Assembly (NCBI GenBank): GCA_037144045.1
Contig: JBAWXN010000001.1
Coordinates: 66,487 to 130,486 of the forward strand
DNA from: a bacterium
Lineage (GTDB): Bacteria; Patescibacteriota; Minisyncoccia; Phycocordibacterales; UBA1006
Direction: 5' to 3'
DNA: 64,000 bases
The position numbers and the translations under genes are program-made. Positions 8,312 to 18,500 of this stretch are shown here, in pieces. Each line of letters opens with the position of its first letter. Position 1 is the first letter of the stretch. Below the pieces are notes generated by a model. It saw only the letters and a list, made by a program, of their open reading frames with translations, searched no databases and was not told the origin of the DNA.

Positions 8312-10621
8312 ATGAAAAAACTTTTTTTAATAGTCGTTATTGTTATAGCGTTGTTCGCGCATGGGGCATCAGCAGCTCCTATCTCGGTAACATTTACTGT
8401 AAACTCTAATCTTGATTCAAGCGATGCACAAATTAATAGTATTTGTGATGATGGTGCAGGAAACTGTACTTTGCGAGCAGCAATTGAAGAATCAAACGCA
8501 AATTCTGGAACTGTTGATACTATTAACTTTGCGACAGGTATGACCATTACTCCTACGGCGGGATATGCTATTACCGATAGAGTTATTATTGATGCTTCAA
8601 GTGTTGGAACGTGTCCAGTGCCAACTGTTTTTATTAACGGAGCAAATTCTGGTAATTATGCACTTGGACTAAATAGTGGATCGGCAGGGTCAATTATTAA
8701 AGGATTATGGATTAATGGGTATAATTCCGCTGGTATTGCTATAAATAATATTTCTGGAACACAGACAGTATTGTCGTGTAACGTGATTGGTCTTTCATCT
8801 GATGGATTATCAGCTTCAGGGGCAAATAACAGTATTAGCATTGCTGAAAGTTCAAACATTTTAATAGGAGGTCCTAATCCTGAAGATCGAAACACATTAT
8901 CAGGTAATCAGACGCAACCTTTTTCTGAAGCTATTGGTATTGGTAATAGTAGTACACCAATGACGGATATTGTCTTTCGAGGTAACTATTTTGGTACTAA
9001 TATTAGCGGTACTGCTCCGGTTGCCAATGGGAGTTCCCAAGGTGAAGGAATTGATATTTACAGTAATACTGATATTTCAAATATTTTAATACGTGACAAT
9101 CTTTTTTTAGGTGGTGCTATTACTGTTAACGACGCTAGAGATGTTGTTGTACAGTCGAACACGGTTAATATTGCTTCTGATGGAATTACACCGATTGCAG
9201 CAACGGATTCTGGTGGCTTTAGCTTTACCGATGTAGAAAACCTGACCGTTGGGGGTATTGGTGAGGGAAATGTTTTCGCTGCATCGGGGTCAGAGGCGGC
9301 TATAAAACTCAGGGGTGGAAACCATGCAACAATCAAAGGAAATTTTTTTGGGGTATTGCCGGATGGTGTAACCACGCTTTTATCGGGAGGGTTTGGTGAT
9401 GGTGCTGTCAGAATAATCAACGGTGCCAGAGATGTCACGGTTGGTGGTACTCTATCCGGGGAAGGAAATTTAATATTAAACGACGCACTAGCACTGGGTA
9501 GCTTCCTTTGGATTATTAGTTCTGAACAAGTAAATATTTTTGGTAACACTATGGGTATTGATAATAATGGAAATATACTACCAATTGATACAATTGGTGT
9601 GTTCATTGTTGGCTCTGAACAAGTTGCTTTTGGGGGGTTACTAGCAGGACAAGGTAATACTATTGCAGGAAATTCTCGTGGAATGTATATGATCGGAAAT
9701 GCTGTGGGTGACGTTACTATTGCAGGTAACACGTTTCGTGATATTGCCAGTATTGGGATAATTAGTACCAATTCACCATTTGCCCCTGGTGTAAATAATT
9801 ATGCTTCTATATTACAAAATACATTTAGTAATGTAGGTACTGCAATTGATCTAGCAGAGGACTTGGATGGCGATTTTATTTCAGAAACTCAATTTGGAGC
9901 TACTTTGAACGATGCTGGTGATGCCGATACTGGACCTAATGATTACCTCAACACTCCGATTATTCACGGTATAGATACAGCCACAGGGATGGTTACTTAT
10001 TCCGTAGATGCACCCGCAGGTACGTACCGTATTGAATTCTTCGTAGGTCCTTCAGTAGGTAAACCAGAAGAATATCTAGGGAGTGATGTATTTGTTTCAG
10101 CTGGGGTTAGTAAACAGCAGACGGTCACTTTTGCAGATGTTACTCATCTGTCACCTGGGGCCTTGCTCACCGCCACAACTATACAAGACCTTGGTGCGGG
10201 TTCATATGGTGCTACCTCAGAATTCTCTCAAGCTTATGAACCACTACCAGTAGTTGCAACGCAAACATCATCATCTGGAAAGGGTACGCCATGGACTCCT
10301 GTCACACCACCAAAACCGGTATCGAGTAATGCGTGCCCAGTTGATCAACAACTAACTCAAAATCTAAAGATAGGCGCACGCAATGGTAAATACAACACTT
10401 ATACTAAGGTAGTAGTAACAGAAGCGAAAATTTTACAGACACATATGAATCGATTAGGATTTAGTGCAGGTCCTGTTGATGGAATACTTGGCAAATTAAC
10501 CGACGCCGCAATCAAGCGTATGCAGAAATATTTAGGAACGTATCAAGACGGAATAGTGGGTCCCCTTACACGAAACCTTATTAATAATTCATGCGGTGCT
10601 CATGGGTTGTCACAAAGTTAA
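8312..10621 (+). CDS. secreted CSLREA-domain parallel beta-helix protein with C-terminal peptidoglycan-binding (PG_binding_1) domain
   Basis: Signal peptide MKKLFLIVVIVIALFAHGASA. CSLREA-type motif GNCTLRAAIEESNANSGTVDTINF. Many NxxGxxIxI beta-helix rungs. C-terminal PG_binding_1-like LGFSAGPVDGILGKLTDAAIKRMQKYLG. Start moved to the Met at 8312; the ORF-track start at 8294 is a TTG. Confidence 0.65.
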   Translation: MKKLFLIVVIVIALFAHGASAAPISVTFTVNSNLDSSDAQINSICDDGAGNCTLRAAIEESNANSGTVDTINFATGMTITPTAGYAITDRVIIDASSVGTCPVPTVFINGANSGNYALGLNSGSAGSIIKGLWINGYNSAGIAINNISGTQTVLSCNVIGLSSDGLSASGANNSISIAESSNILIGGPNPEDRNTLSGNQTQPFSEAIGIGNSSTPMTDIVFRGNYFGTNISGTAPVANGSSQGEGIDIYSNTDISNILIRDNLFLGGAITVNDARDVVVQSNTVNIASDGITPIAATDSGGFSFTDVENLTVGGIGEGNVFAASGSEAAIKLRGGNHATIKGNFFGVLPDGVTTLLSGGFGDGAVRIINGARDVTVGGTLSGEGNLILNDALALGSFLWIISSEQVNIFGNTMGIDNNGNILPIDTIGVFIVGSEQVAFGGLLAGQGNTIAGNSRGMYMIGNAVGDVTIAGNTFRDIASIGIISTNSPFAPGVNNYASILQNTFSNVGTAIDLAEDLDGDFISETQFGATLNDAGDADTGPNDYLNTPIIHGIDTATGMVTYSVDAPAGTYRIEFFVGPSVGKPEEYLGSDVFVSAGVSKQQTVTFADVTHLSPGALLTATTIQDLGAGSYGATSEFSQAYEPLPVVATQTSSSGKGTPWTPVTPPKPVSSNACPVDQQLTQNLKIGARNGKYNTYTKVVVTEAKILQTHMNRLGFSAGPVDGILGKLTDAAIKRMQKYLGTYQDGIVGPLTRNLINNSCGAHGLSQS

Positions 10622-10635
10622 CAGTATTCAAATAA

Positions 10636-10658
10636 AGAACCCGAGTAGGGTTTTTTAT
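10636..10658 (+). terminator. rho-independent terminator
   Basis: aacccgagtagggttttttatt. Confidence 0.75.
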
Positions 10659-10692
10659 TTGAAAATAAATGAAAACCGCGTATACTCGATTT

Positions 10693-11394
10693 ATGAAATT
10701 TCATATTATTACATTATTTCCAGAGTCGTTTGATTCATACCTTGCTGAATCGATTATAGGACGTGCGATTGAGTCTAAAAAAATAGCGGTGGCTTTTTAC
10801 GATCCACGAAAATATGCACCTAAAGAACTCAAGAAAAAATGGCCAGATGGTAACGTAACAGTATACGCAGATGGAAAACCATTTGGGGGAGGTCCCGGAA
10901 TGGTATTACGCGCAGAACCCTATATCAAAGCTATTGAAAAAGCCTTGGCTAGTATTAAGAAGAAGAAAAACGGGAAAGGCAAGATTGTTTTTTTCTCTCC
11001 AGGTGGGACACTGTTTAGTACTGAGTACGCAAAAACCGCAGTAACTAAATACACTGATATTATTTTTGTGTGTGGACGTTATGAAGGGATTGACGCTCGT
11101 ATCAAGAAGATTTTTAAAATGGATGACGTGTCTATTGGAAACTATGTACTTACGGGTGGTGAATTACCAGCAATGGTGTGTATCGACTGTATGGCACGGC
11201 AAATTCCAGGGGTACTAGGAAACTTTGATTCACGAGAAGAAGAACGGGTTTCATCACATGATGTATATACCCGTCCTGAAATCCTTGAACACAAAGGTGA
11301 AAATGGGAAAGTTAAAAAATATGCCGTTCCACCAGTACTCCTTTCAGGAAATCCAAAACTTATTGATGCGTGGAAACAGGGACTTGGTGAATAA
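10693..11394 (+). CDS. trmD: tRNA (guanine37-N1)-methyltransferase
   Basis: MKFHIITLFPESF N-terminus and GRYEGIDARI SPOUT motif. The ORF track starts 8 codons earlier, at 10669. Confidence 0.85.
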   Translation: MKFHIITLFPESFDSYLAESIIGRAIESKKIAVAFYDPRKYAPKELKKKWPDGNVTVYADGKPFGGGPGMVLRAEPYIKAIEKALASIKKKKNGKGKIVFFSPGGTLFSTEYAKTAVTKYTDIIFVCGRYEGIDARIKKIFKMDDVSIGNYVLTGGELPAMVCIDCMARQIPGVLGNFDSREEERVSSHDVYTRPEILEHKGENGKVKKYAVPPVLLSGNPKLIDAWKQGLGE

Positions 11395-11396
11395 TC

Positions 11397-12104
11397 ATGA
11401 AGTATAGAACAGAAGAATTCCTTGCAGATTACGATAATTACAAATTTGGATATACCCACTGGGGGATTCCAGAATCTGATCAAGACATTGAAAACTTGTA
11501 TAACCAAGGTTTTTTGCCGTATTCGGGAAATGAGCGACTCCACTCTTGCTATTATTTATGTCGGAGTATACGAATTCACGCCTCTGAATTTATCCTAAGT
11601 AGTGAAAATAAGCGAATACTCAGAAAAGTTGCTGAGGCGGGAATAGTTCCAGAGCTAATCGAATATTCAGCTGATGAAGCATTAGGAAACGGTGAACTTA
11701 AGCAGTTTTTCCTTGATTATTTTAATAAGCATCATGGTGAAGGAGTCATGAATTCCGGGCGCCTAGAGGCAATTTTAAGGTATTCACAGCATGTAAAAGT
11801 AGTAACTTACCTTTTCCAAGGCGAGTATATCGGCGCAGTTATTACCCAAAAAATCGGGACGGTTATTCACTACTGGTTTGCAGCGTATAGTGATCATTAT
11901 ACACATTTATCACTTGGAATGTGGCTCATGGTTACTTTTATCAAGGATTACACAGTACAAAATCCAGAAAAAGTCATCTATTTAGGTACTGGGTACGGTT
12001 CCAAGGCGCTCTATAAAACAAATATTGAACAAGTCGAGTATTTTGATGGAAATAATTGGAAAAAAGACTTGAAAATACTAAAGAATTTACTGAGAGGGAC
12101 TTGA
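11397..12104 (+). CDS. putative aminoacyl-tRNA-protein transferase (Bpt/ATE-like N-end-rule transferase)
   Basis: ATE-N-like Cys cluster followed by a basic stretch (HSCYYLCRSIRIHASEFILSSENKRILRKV), and ~235 aa size typical of bacterial Bpt. Assignment rests on motif resemblance only. Confidence 0.4.
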   Translation: MKYRTEEFLADYDNYKFGYTHWGIPESDQDIENLYNQGFLPYSGNERLHSCYYLCRSIRIHASEFILSSENKRILRKVAEAGIVPELIEYSADEALGNGELKQFFLDYFNKHHGEGVMNSGRLEAILRYSQHVKVVTYLFQGEYIGAVITQKIGTVIHYWFAAYSDHYTHLSLGMWLMVTFIKDYTVQNPEKVIYLGTGYGSKALYKTNIEQVEYFDGNNWKKDLKILKNLLRGT

Positions 12105-12130
12105 TTAGTTTTTTAGTTTCTGGTATATAT
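12102..12130 (+). promoter_or_regulatory. candidate promoter (TTGATT-17-TATATA) and ~110-nt leader upstream of rpoB
   Basis: ttgattagttttttagtttctggtatatat. Unlike most genes here, rpoB appears to have a substantial 5' leader. Confidence 0.4.
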
Positions 12131-12244
12131 ATGACATCAGAAACCGATTGAGTGCCGATCGAACGAATGAGATTATAAAGTGTTGTTTTACTAGTCTTAA
12201 TTTAAACGTCAAGAGTGAAAACCCTTGGCGTCAATTTTTGCGTT

Positions 12245-15200
12245 ATGGCACAAAAAAAAGCTGTTCAAACCCTTGCAAGTGCCAAGTATTATTCGGGTCC
12301 CCGAGAAGTGAAAACATTCTCGAAGTACCGAATGCCACTTGCCCCTATTCCTCATTTGGTCGAAAATCAATTAGCATCATACAAAAAGTTCATCGAACAT
12401 GACCTTGCAGAAACCATTAAGGAATTTTCTCCGATGGCTGACTATTCTGCGAAAAAGTTCGAACTCGTAATCGCATCACTTACGGTGAATGCGCCAGATT
12501 ACGATGTTAATCATGCAAAAGAAAACAAGTTAACCTACGAAGCTGAAGTAAAGGCGCGTATTAAACTTAAAAATAAAGTTCTTGGAGTAGAAAAAGAACA
12601 AGAAATCTTCTTGTCTGAAATTCCACTCATGACTGAAAACGGAACATTCGTTATTAATGGTGTAGAACGTGTAGTCGTTCCACAGCTTGCTCGATCTGCA
12701 GGTGTTTCATTTAATGATCGTCAAACTAAAAAAGGACGTTATTTCGGTGCAAAAATCATTCCTAACCGAGGAGCATGGATCGAAATTGAATCTGAATCAG
12801 ATAATGTTGTTTACGTACGTATCGATAAAAAACGAAAATTCGTAGTTACCTCGCTCTTGCGAGTTCTTGGTGTTGCGTCAGATGAAGCAATTGCAAAATT
12901 GTTTAAAAATGAAGTAGCACTTGGATATATCAAGTCATCACTTGGTAAAGACCCTGCAAAATCAACCGGTGAATCATTCGTAGAAATTTACCGAAAATTA
13001 CGAGACGGAGAAATTGCTTCTGCAGACAACGCAAAAGAATTCGTAGAATCAATCCTTTCAGAAGAACGTTACGATCTTTCAAATGTAGGACGTTATTCAT
13101 TTAACAAACGATTTGGGAAGAAGATGGACGAAGTCGCACTTGCAGGAATGACTCTTACGGTGGACGACGTGGTGACCATTATTGAAAAAATTGCAGAATT
13201 AAACAGTACTCCTAAGGCGAAAGCAGATGATATCGACCACTTAGCACACCGACGCGTTAAATTCGTAGGGGAACTTTTGCTACGAGAAGTTTCTGTAGGT
13301 ATGCTTCGTATTCGTCGTAACGTTCAAGACAAAATGTCTACTATTGATACGGAAACAACACTTCCTATTCAAATTTTGAACCAACGACCATTGCAAGCCG
13401 TAATCAAGGGATTCTTTTCAACGAACCAGTTGTCACAATTCCAAGCTCAAGAAAACCTCCTTGCAGAGGTAGAACACTTGCGAACCTTGTCCGCTCTTGG
13501 ACCCGGTGGACTTACTCGTGAACGAGCAGGATTCGAAGTACGTGACGTACACACGAGTCACTACGGACGATTGTGTCCAATCCATACTCCAGAAGGTCCA
13601 AACATTGGATTGATTTTACACATGTCGCTCTATGCTCGCGTAAACGATTTCGGAATGATTGAAACTCCTTACATTAAAGTTAAGAACGGAAAAATCACTC
13701 AAGAAATTGTGTACATGAACGCAATGGAAGAAGAACAATATACAATTGCGCACGCAGGATTGTTGTACGACAAAGACGGTAAAATCCTCGAAGACATTGT
13801 AGAAGCACGTATTAAAACAGCTCCAGGTATGGTTTCAAAAAACCAAGTGGATTATATCGACATCGCCCCTAACCAAGCCTTTTCGGTAGGTTCTTCAATG
13901 ATTCCATTTTTGGAACACGACGACGCAAAACGAACCCTTATGGGATCAAACATGCAGAAGCAGGCAATGCCATGTGTAGTTCCTATGGCGCCATTGGTTG
14001 CAACAGGAATGGAAGAACGAGCAGCACTTGATAGTGGACGCCTCATTGTAGCTCTTGAAGATGGAGTAGTTGCCGTTGCTGATGGGCAAGAAATTCAAAT
14101 CAAGGCATCAAATGGAAAAACAAAAGAATATCCATTAACGCTTTATAAGCGAACCAACCAGAATACGATGTATCACAATCGTCCTATTGTTGCGGTGGGT
14201 GATAAAGTTAAAAAAGGACAAGTATTGGCTGATGGAGCTGCAACTGCAAACGGGCAATTGGCACTCGGACAAAATGTATTGGTAGCCTTTATGTGTTGGA
14301 ATGGTGCAAACTACGAAGACGCGATTATCCTTTCAGAACGATTGGTTAAAAATAGTATCTTTACTTCAATCCACATTCACGAAGAAGAATGTGTGGTTCG
14401 TGATACTAAATTAGGTGAAGAACAAACAACGCACGATATTCCTAACGTCGGTGAAGGTCGTTTGAAAGACTTGGATGAAGACGGAATTGTACGTGTCGGA
14501 GCAGAAATCCGAGAAGGAGACATCCTTGTAGGAAAAGTTACTCCAAAAGGTGAAACTGAACTTACTCCAGAAGAACGATTGTTACGATCAATCTTCGGTG
14601 AAAAAGCACGAGACGTAAAAGATACTTCACTTCGTATGGGACACGGTAAAAAGGGTCGTGTGGTAGGGGTTAAAGTATTTTCTCGAGAAGCAGGTCACGA
14701 ATTGGAATCAGGAGTAATCAAGAAAATTTACATTGAAATCGCTCAATTGCGTAACGTTCAAGTAGGAGACAAGCTTGCAGGACGACACGGAAACAAGGGG
14801 GTAATTTCAGTAATCTTGCCAGAAGAAGACATGCCATACATGGCAGATGGAACACCGGTTGATGTAGTACTTACCGCACTCGGAGTATCGTCACGTATGA
14901 ACCTTGGACAGATTCTTGAAATGCACTTGGGACTTGCAGCAAATAGTTTGCATTACCAAGCAGTGGTTCCACCATTTGCAGGTGCCGTACCAGAAGAAAT
15001 TAAAGAAGAACTTGAAGCTGCAGGATTTGCCGCTTCAGGAAAAATGAAATTGTTTGACGGACGAACCGGTGAAGCATTTGATCAAGACGTGGCGGTGGGA
15101 TACATGTATATCTTGAAACTTTCCCACATGGTGGAAGACAAGATGCATGCACGTTCAGTTGGTCCATACAGTTTGATTACTCAACAACCATTGGGAGGAA

Positions 15201-15484
15201 AATCTCAACATGGTGGTCAGCGATTCGGAGAAATGGAAGTGTGGGCATTGGAAGGATACGGAGCGGCATATACCCTCCGAGAAATGCTCACGGTAAAATC
15301 CGATGACATCATGGGACGTACGGCAACATTCGATGCAATTATTAAAGGGATTCATATGAAGGAACCTAATACCCCTGCATCATTTAAAGTAATGTTGAAC
15401 TACCTCCGAGGACTTTCACTCGATGTGAAACTAGAAGGGTCGAAGAAAAATTATGAGGAAACCTATGAAGAAGCTGCTGAATAA
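12245..15484 (+). CDS. rpoB: DNA-directed RNA polymerase subunit beta
   Basis: Conserved beta-subunit blocks throughout (e.g. RLCPIHTPEGPNIGL, GDKLAGRHGNKGV, GGQRFGEMEVWALEGYGAAY). The ORF track begins at 12215; MAQKK at 12245 aligns better with rpoB N-termini. Confidence 0.95.
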   Translation: MAQKKAVQTLASAKYYSGPREVKTFSKYRMPLAPIPHLVENQLASYKKFIEHDLAETIKEFSPMADYSAKKFELVIASLTVNAPDYDVNHAKENKLTYEAEVKARIKLKNKVLGVEKEQEIFLSEIPLMTENGTFVINGVERVVVPQLARSAGVSFNDRQTKKGRYFGAKIIPNRGAWIEIESESDNVVYVRIDKKRKFVVTSLLRVLGVASDEAIAKLFKNEVALGYIKSSLGKDPAKSTGESFVEIYRKLRDGEIASADNAKEFVESILSEERYDLSNVGRYSFNKRFGKKMDEVALAGMTLTVDDVVTIIEKIAELNSTPKAKADDIDHLAHRRVKFVGELLLREVSVGMLRIRRNVQDKMSTIDTETTLPIQILNQRPLQAVIKGFFSTNQLSQFQAQENLLAEVEHLRTLSALGPGGLTRERAGFEVRDVHTSHYGRLCPIHTPEGPNIGLILHMSLYARVNDFGMIETPYIKVKNGKITQEIVYMNAMEEEQYTIAHAGLLYDKDGKILEDIVEARIKTAPGMVSKNQVDYIDIAPNQAFSVGSSMIPFLEHDDAKRTLMGSNMQKQAMPCVVPMAPLVATGMEERAALDSGRLIVALEDGVVAVADGQEIQIKASNGKTKEYPLTLYKRTNQNTMYHNRPIVAVGDKVKKGQVLADGAATANGQLALGQNVLVAFMCWNGANYEDAIILSERLVKNSIFTSIHIHEEECVVRDTKLGEEQTTHDIPNVGEGRLKDLDEDGIVRVGAEIREGDILVGKVTPKGETELTPEERLLRSIFGEKARDVKDTSLRMGHGKKGRVVGVKVFSREAGHELESGVIKKIYIEIAQLRNVQVGDKLAGRHGNKGVISVILPEEDMPYMADGTPVDVVLTALGVSSRMNLGQILEMHLGLAANSLHYQAVVPPFAGAVPEEIKEELEAAGFAASGKMKLFDGRTGEAFDQDVAVGYMYILKLSHMVEDKMHARSVGPYSLITQQPLGGKSQHGGQRFGEMEVWALEGYGAAYTLREMLTVKSDDIMGRTATFDAIIKGIHMKEPNTPASFKVMLNYLRGLSLDVKLEGSKKNYEETYEEAAE

Positions 15485-15512
15485 GCATTCTTATTAACCT
15501 CATCACTCAACT

Positions 15513-18500
15513 ATGAATACTAAAGATCATACAACATTCACCCCAGATACGATTTCACTTTCATTAGCATCACCAGAACGCATTCGCGAATGGTCATACG
15601 GTGAAGTATTGAAGCCAGAAACTATTAACTATCGAACCGGTCGTTCTGAACGAGGCGGGCTTTTCGACGAAAAAGTGTTCGGTCCTGAAAAAGACTACGA
15701 ATGTTACTGTGGAAAATATAAGCGCATTCGTTACGCAGGTATTGTGTGTGAAAAATGTGGCGTAGAAGTTACGAAAGCTATCGTACGTCGTGAACGTATG
15801 GGGCATATTGAACTTGCGTCTCCGGTTGCACACATCTGGTTCTTGCGAGGAATTCCATCACGAATGTCAACATTGCTTGATATTCCTATTAATCAACTCG
15901 AAAAAGTAATTTACTTTGCGGGGTACATTGTTACTGAAATTCATCAATCTGAAAAAGATCGTGTTTTGAAGGAACTTGATAACGAATACAAGATTCGAAT
16001 GAAGACGTTGGATACCGATGAAGAAAAAGACAAATTGAAAGACCTCTTTTCATCAACCAAAAAAGACTTGGTAGATTTATTACCATGGCGTATTTTAACA
16101 GAAGTTGAATTCCACAAGTTTTCAATGAAATTCAGTACCGTGTTTGAAGCATCGATTGGTGCAGAAGCGGTATACGAAGTATTTAAAAAACTTGATTTAA
16201 ATGAACTTGCAGCAACCCTCGAAAAAAAGCTTGAAAAAGACCCTGCAGCTCGTGAACGTATTGAACGACGGTTGCACATGATTCGTGCATTGATTGCGTC
16301 TAACCAACGTCCTGAATGGATGTTCCTTACTGCAATTCCAGTGATTCCTCCAGCTTTACGACCGATGGTGGCTCTTGAAGGTGGGCGTCATGCAACATCA
16401 GACGTAAACGATTTGTACCGTCGTGTAATTAATCGAAACTCTCGATTGAAGAAACTGAAAGAAATTGGTGCGCCGGATGTTATCTTGCGAAACGAAAAGC
16501 GTATCTTGCAAGAAGCATGTGACTCATTGATTGATAACACAATTCGAAAACACTCAGGATCAGTTGCGATGTCACAAGCACAGCGACGACAATTGAAATC
16601 ACTTGCCGATTCATTGAAAGGAAAGCAAGGTATTTTGCGTGCGAACCTCCTTGGAAAGCGTGTAGACTATTCTGGACGTTCGGTAATTGTGGTAGGTCCA
16701 AGTTTGAAATTGAATCAATGTGGACTTCCTAAATTTATGGCACTTGAATTGTTCCGACCATTCGTTATTTCAAAAATCTTGAAACGAGAATTGGCATATA
16801 ACATTCGTGGTGCTGGAAAGCTTATCGAAGACGGAGCTCCAGAAGTTTGGGAAATCCTTGAAGAAGTAATTGACGGAAAATATGTATTGTTGAACCGTGC
16901 TCCTACGCTTCATCGATTGTCTATTCAAGCATTCAACCCAGTACTTATCGAAGGTAAGGCGATCCAGGTGCACCCATTGGTATGTTCAGCGTTTAACGCT
17001 GACTTCGACGGGGACCAGATGGCGGTACATGTACCTCTTTCAGAAGAAGCACAAATCGAAGCACGAGAATTAATTGCGTCAAATAAAAACCTCCTTAAAC
17101 CACAATCAGGGGATCCGGTTACACAACCATCACAAGACATTGCGCTTGGATGTTACTGGGCAACAAAAATTGTTCCTGGAGTACTTGGTGAAGGAAAAAT
17201 GTTCTCAAGTCCAGAAGAAGCGGTAACAGCTTACGATCATAATATTATTGATGTGCGATCAAAAATCTACGTGTTGCCAAATGATAGTCAAAAATATGCA
17301 GCATTTGAAGGAAAAGTATTTGAAACCAGTGTTGGACGAATTTTGTTTAACAATGTATGGCCTGATGACTTTGAATTCGTAAACAGTGAAGTAAACAAAA
17401 AAGCCGTTTCAAATATTTTGGAAACTGCTATCAATAAATATGGTTTTGATGCAACAACACCATTATTGGATACGGTGAAAATGTTTGGATATAAATTTGC
17501 AACTAAATCAGGAACCACAATTGGTATCGACGATGCATTGGTTCCACCTGAAAAGAAAGATATTATTATCGAAGCTCGAAAGGTTGAAGCACAAATTGTA
17601 GATCAGTTCATGGACGGACTTATTTCAGATGATGAACGTTACAACAAATTGATTGAACTTTGGGAAGGAGTTACTCGAAAAATTGAAAAAGCAATTGTAA
17701 GTCATTTGGCTGAATCTGAATCTATTCATGACCAGATTACATCAGGTGCTCGTGGTAACCCTGCACAGTTACGACAAATGGCAGGTATGAAAGGGGTAAT
17801 TGTAAACACCGCTGGACGACCAGTAGATTTCCCGATTATTGCTTCATATAAAGAAGGACTTTCACCAATTGAATACTTCATTACGAACCACGGATCACGA
17901 AAAGGGCTTACTGACACCGCGCTTAACACAGCTACTGCTGGATACATGACTCGAAAGTTGGTTATTGTAGCGCAGGACGTAGTAATCCTTGAAGAAGACT
18001 GTGGAACGAAAAAAGGAATGACGGTCAAGGCTGAAAATATCGATGGTATGCTGCGCCCAATTTCTAAAAACATTGTAGGACGCGTACTCGCAGAAACCGT
18101 TAAAGACGCTACAGGATCCGTATTGTTCAAGCGAGGTCACTTGATTGGACGTGAAGACGGAAAGGTTATCGATGAAGCAAAAATTGCAGAAGTGGTAATT
18201 CGATCACCGCTTACCTGTGATACATTACATGGAATTTGTCAGCAATGTTATGGACTCGATCTTGGACGAAACAAGATGGTGAAATACGGAGAAGCAGTAG
18301 GAATTGTTGCGGCTCAAGCTATTGGTGAACCAGGAACACAGCTTACACTGCGAACAATGCACGGAGGAGGGGTAGTAGGAAACGATATTACTGCCGGGCT
18401 TCCACGTGTAGCCGAATTGTTTGAATGTCGTGCGATTAAAATCCCTGCGGTTATTTCAGAAACCAAGGGTCAAGTAATTGAAATTAAAAATGATGGGGTG

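Noticed and set aside
9058-9771. 237-aa ORF on the minus strand inside the CSLREA beta-helix gene
   Set aside because: It lies entirely antisense to a well-supported coding region. Its low-complexity Pro/Ile-rich translation is typical of a shadow ORF.
11142-11543. 133-aa minus-strand ORF spanning the trmD/Bpt-like junction
   Set aside because: It overlaps two supported plus-strand genes and lacks a promoter or motif.
12148-12402. 84-aa ORF and upstream extension of rpoB (ORF-track start 12215)
   Set aside because: The upstream part does not align with RpoB N-termini. It is better explained as the rpoB 5' leader, with the start at MAQKK (12245).
17726-18140. 134-aa and 81-aa minus-strand ORFs inside rpoC
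   Set aside because: Antisense to a highly conserved gene, with no independent signals.
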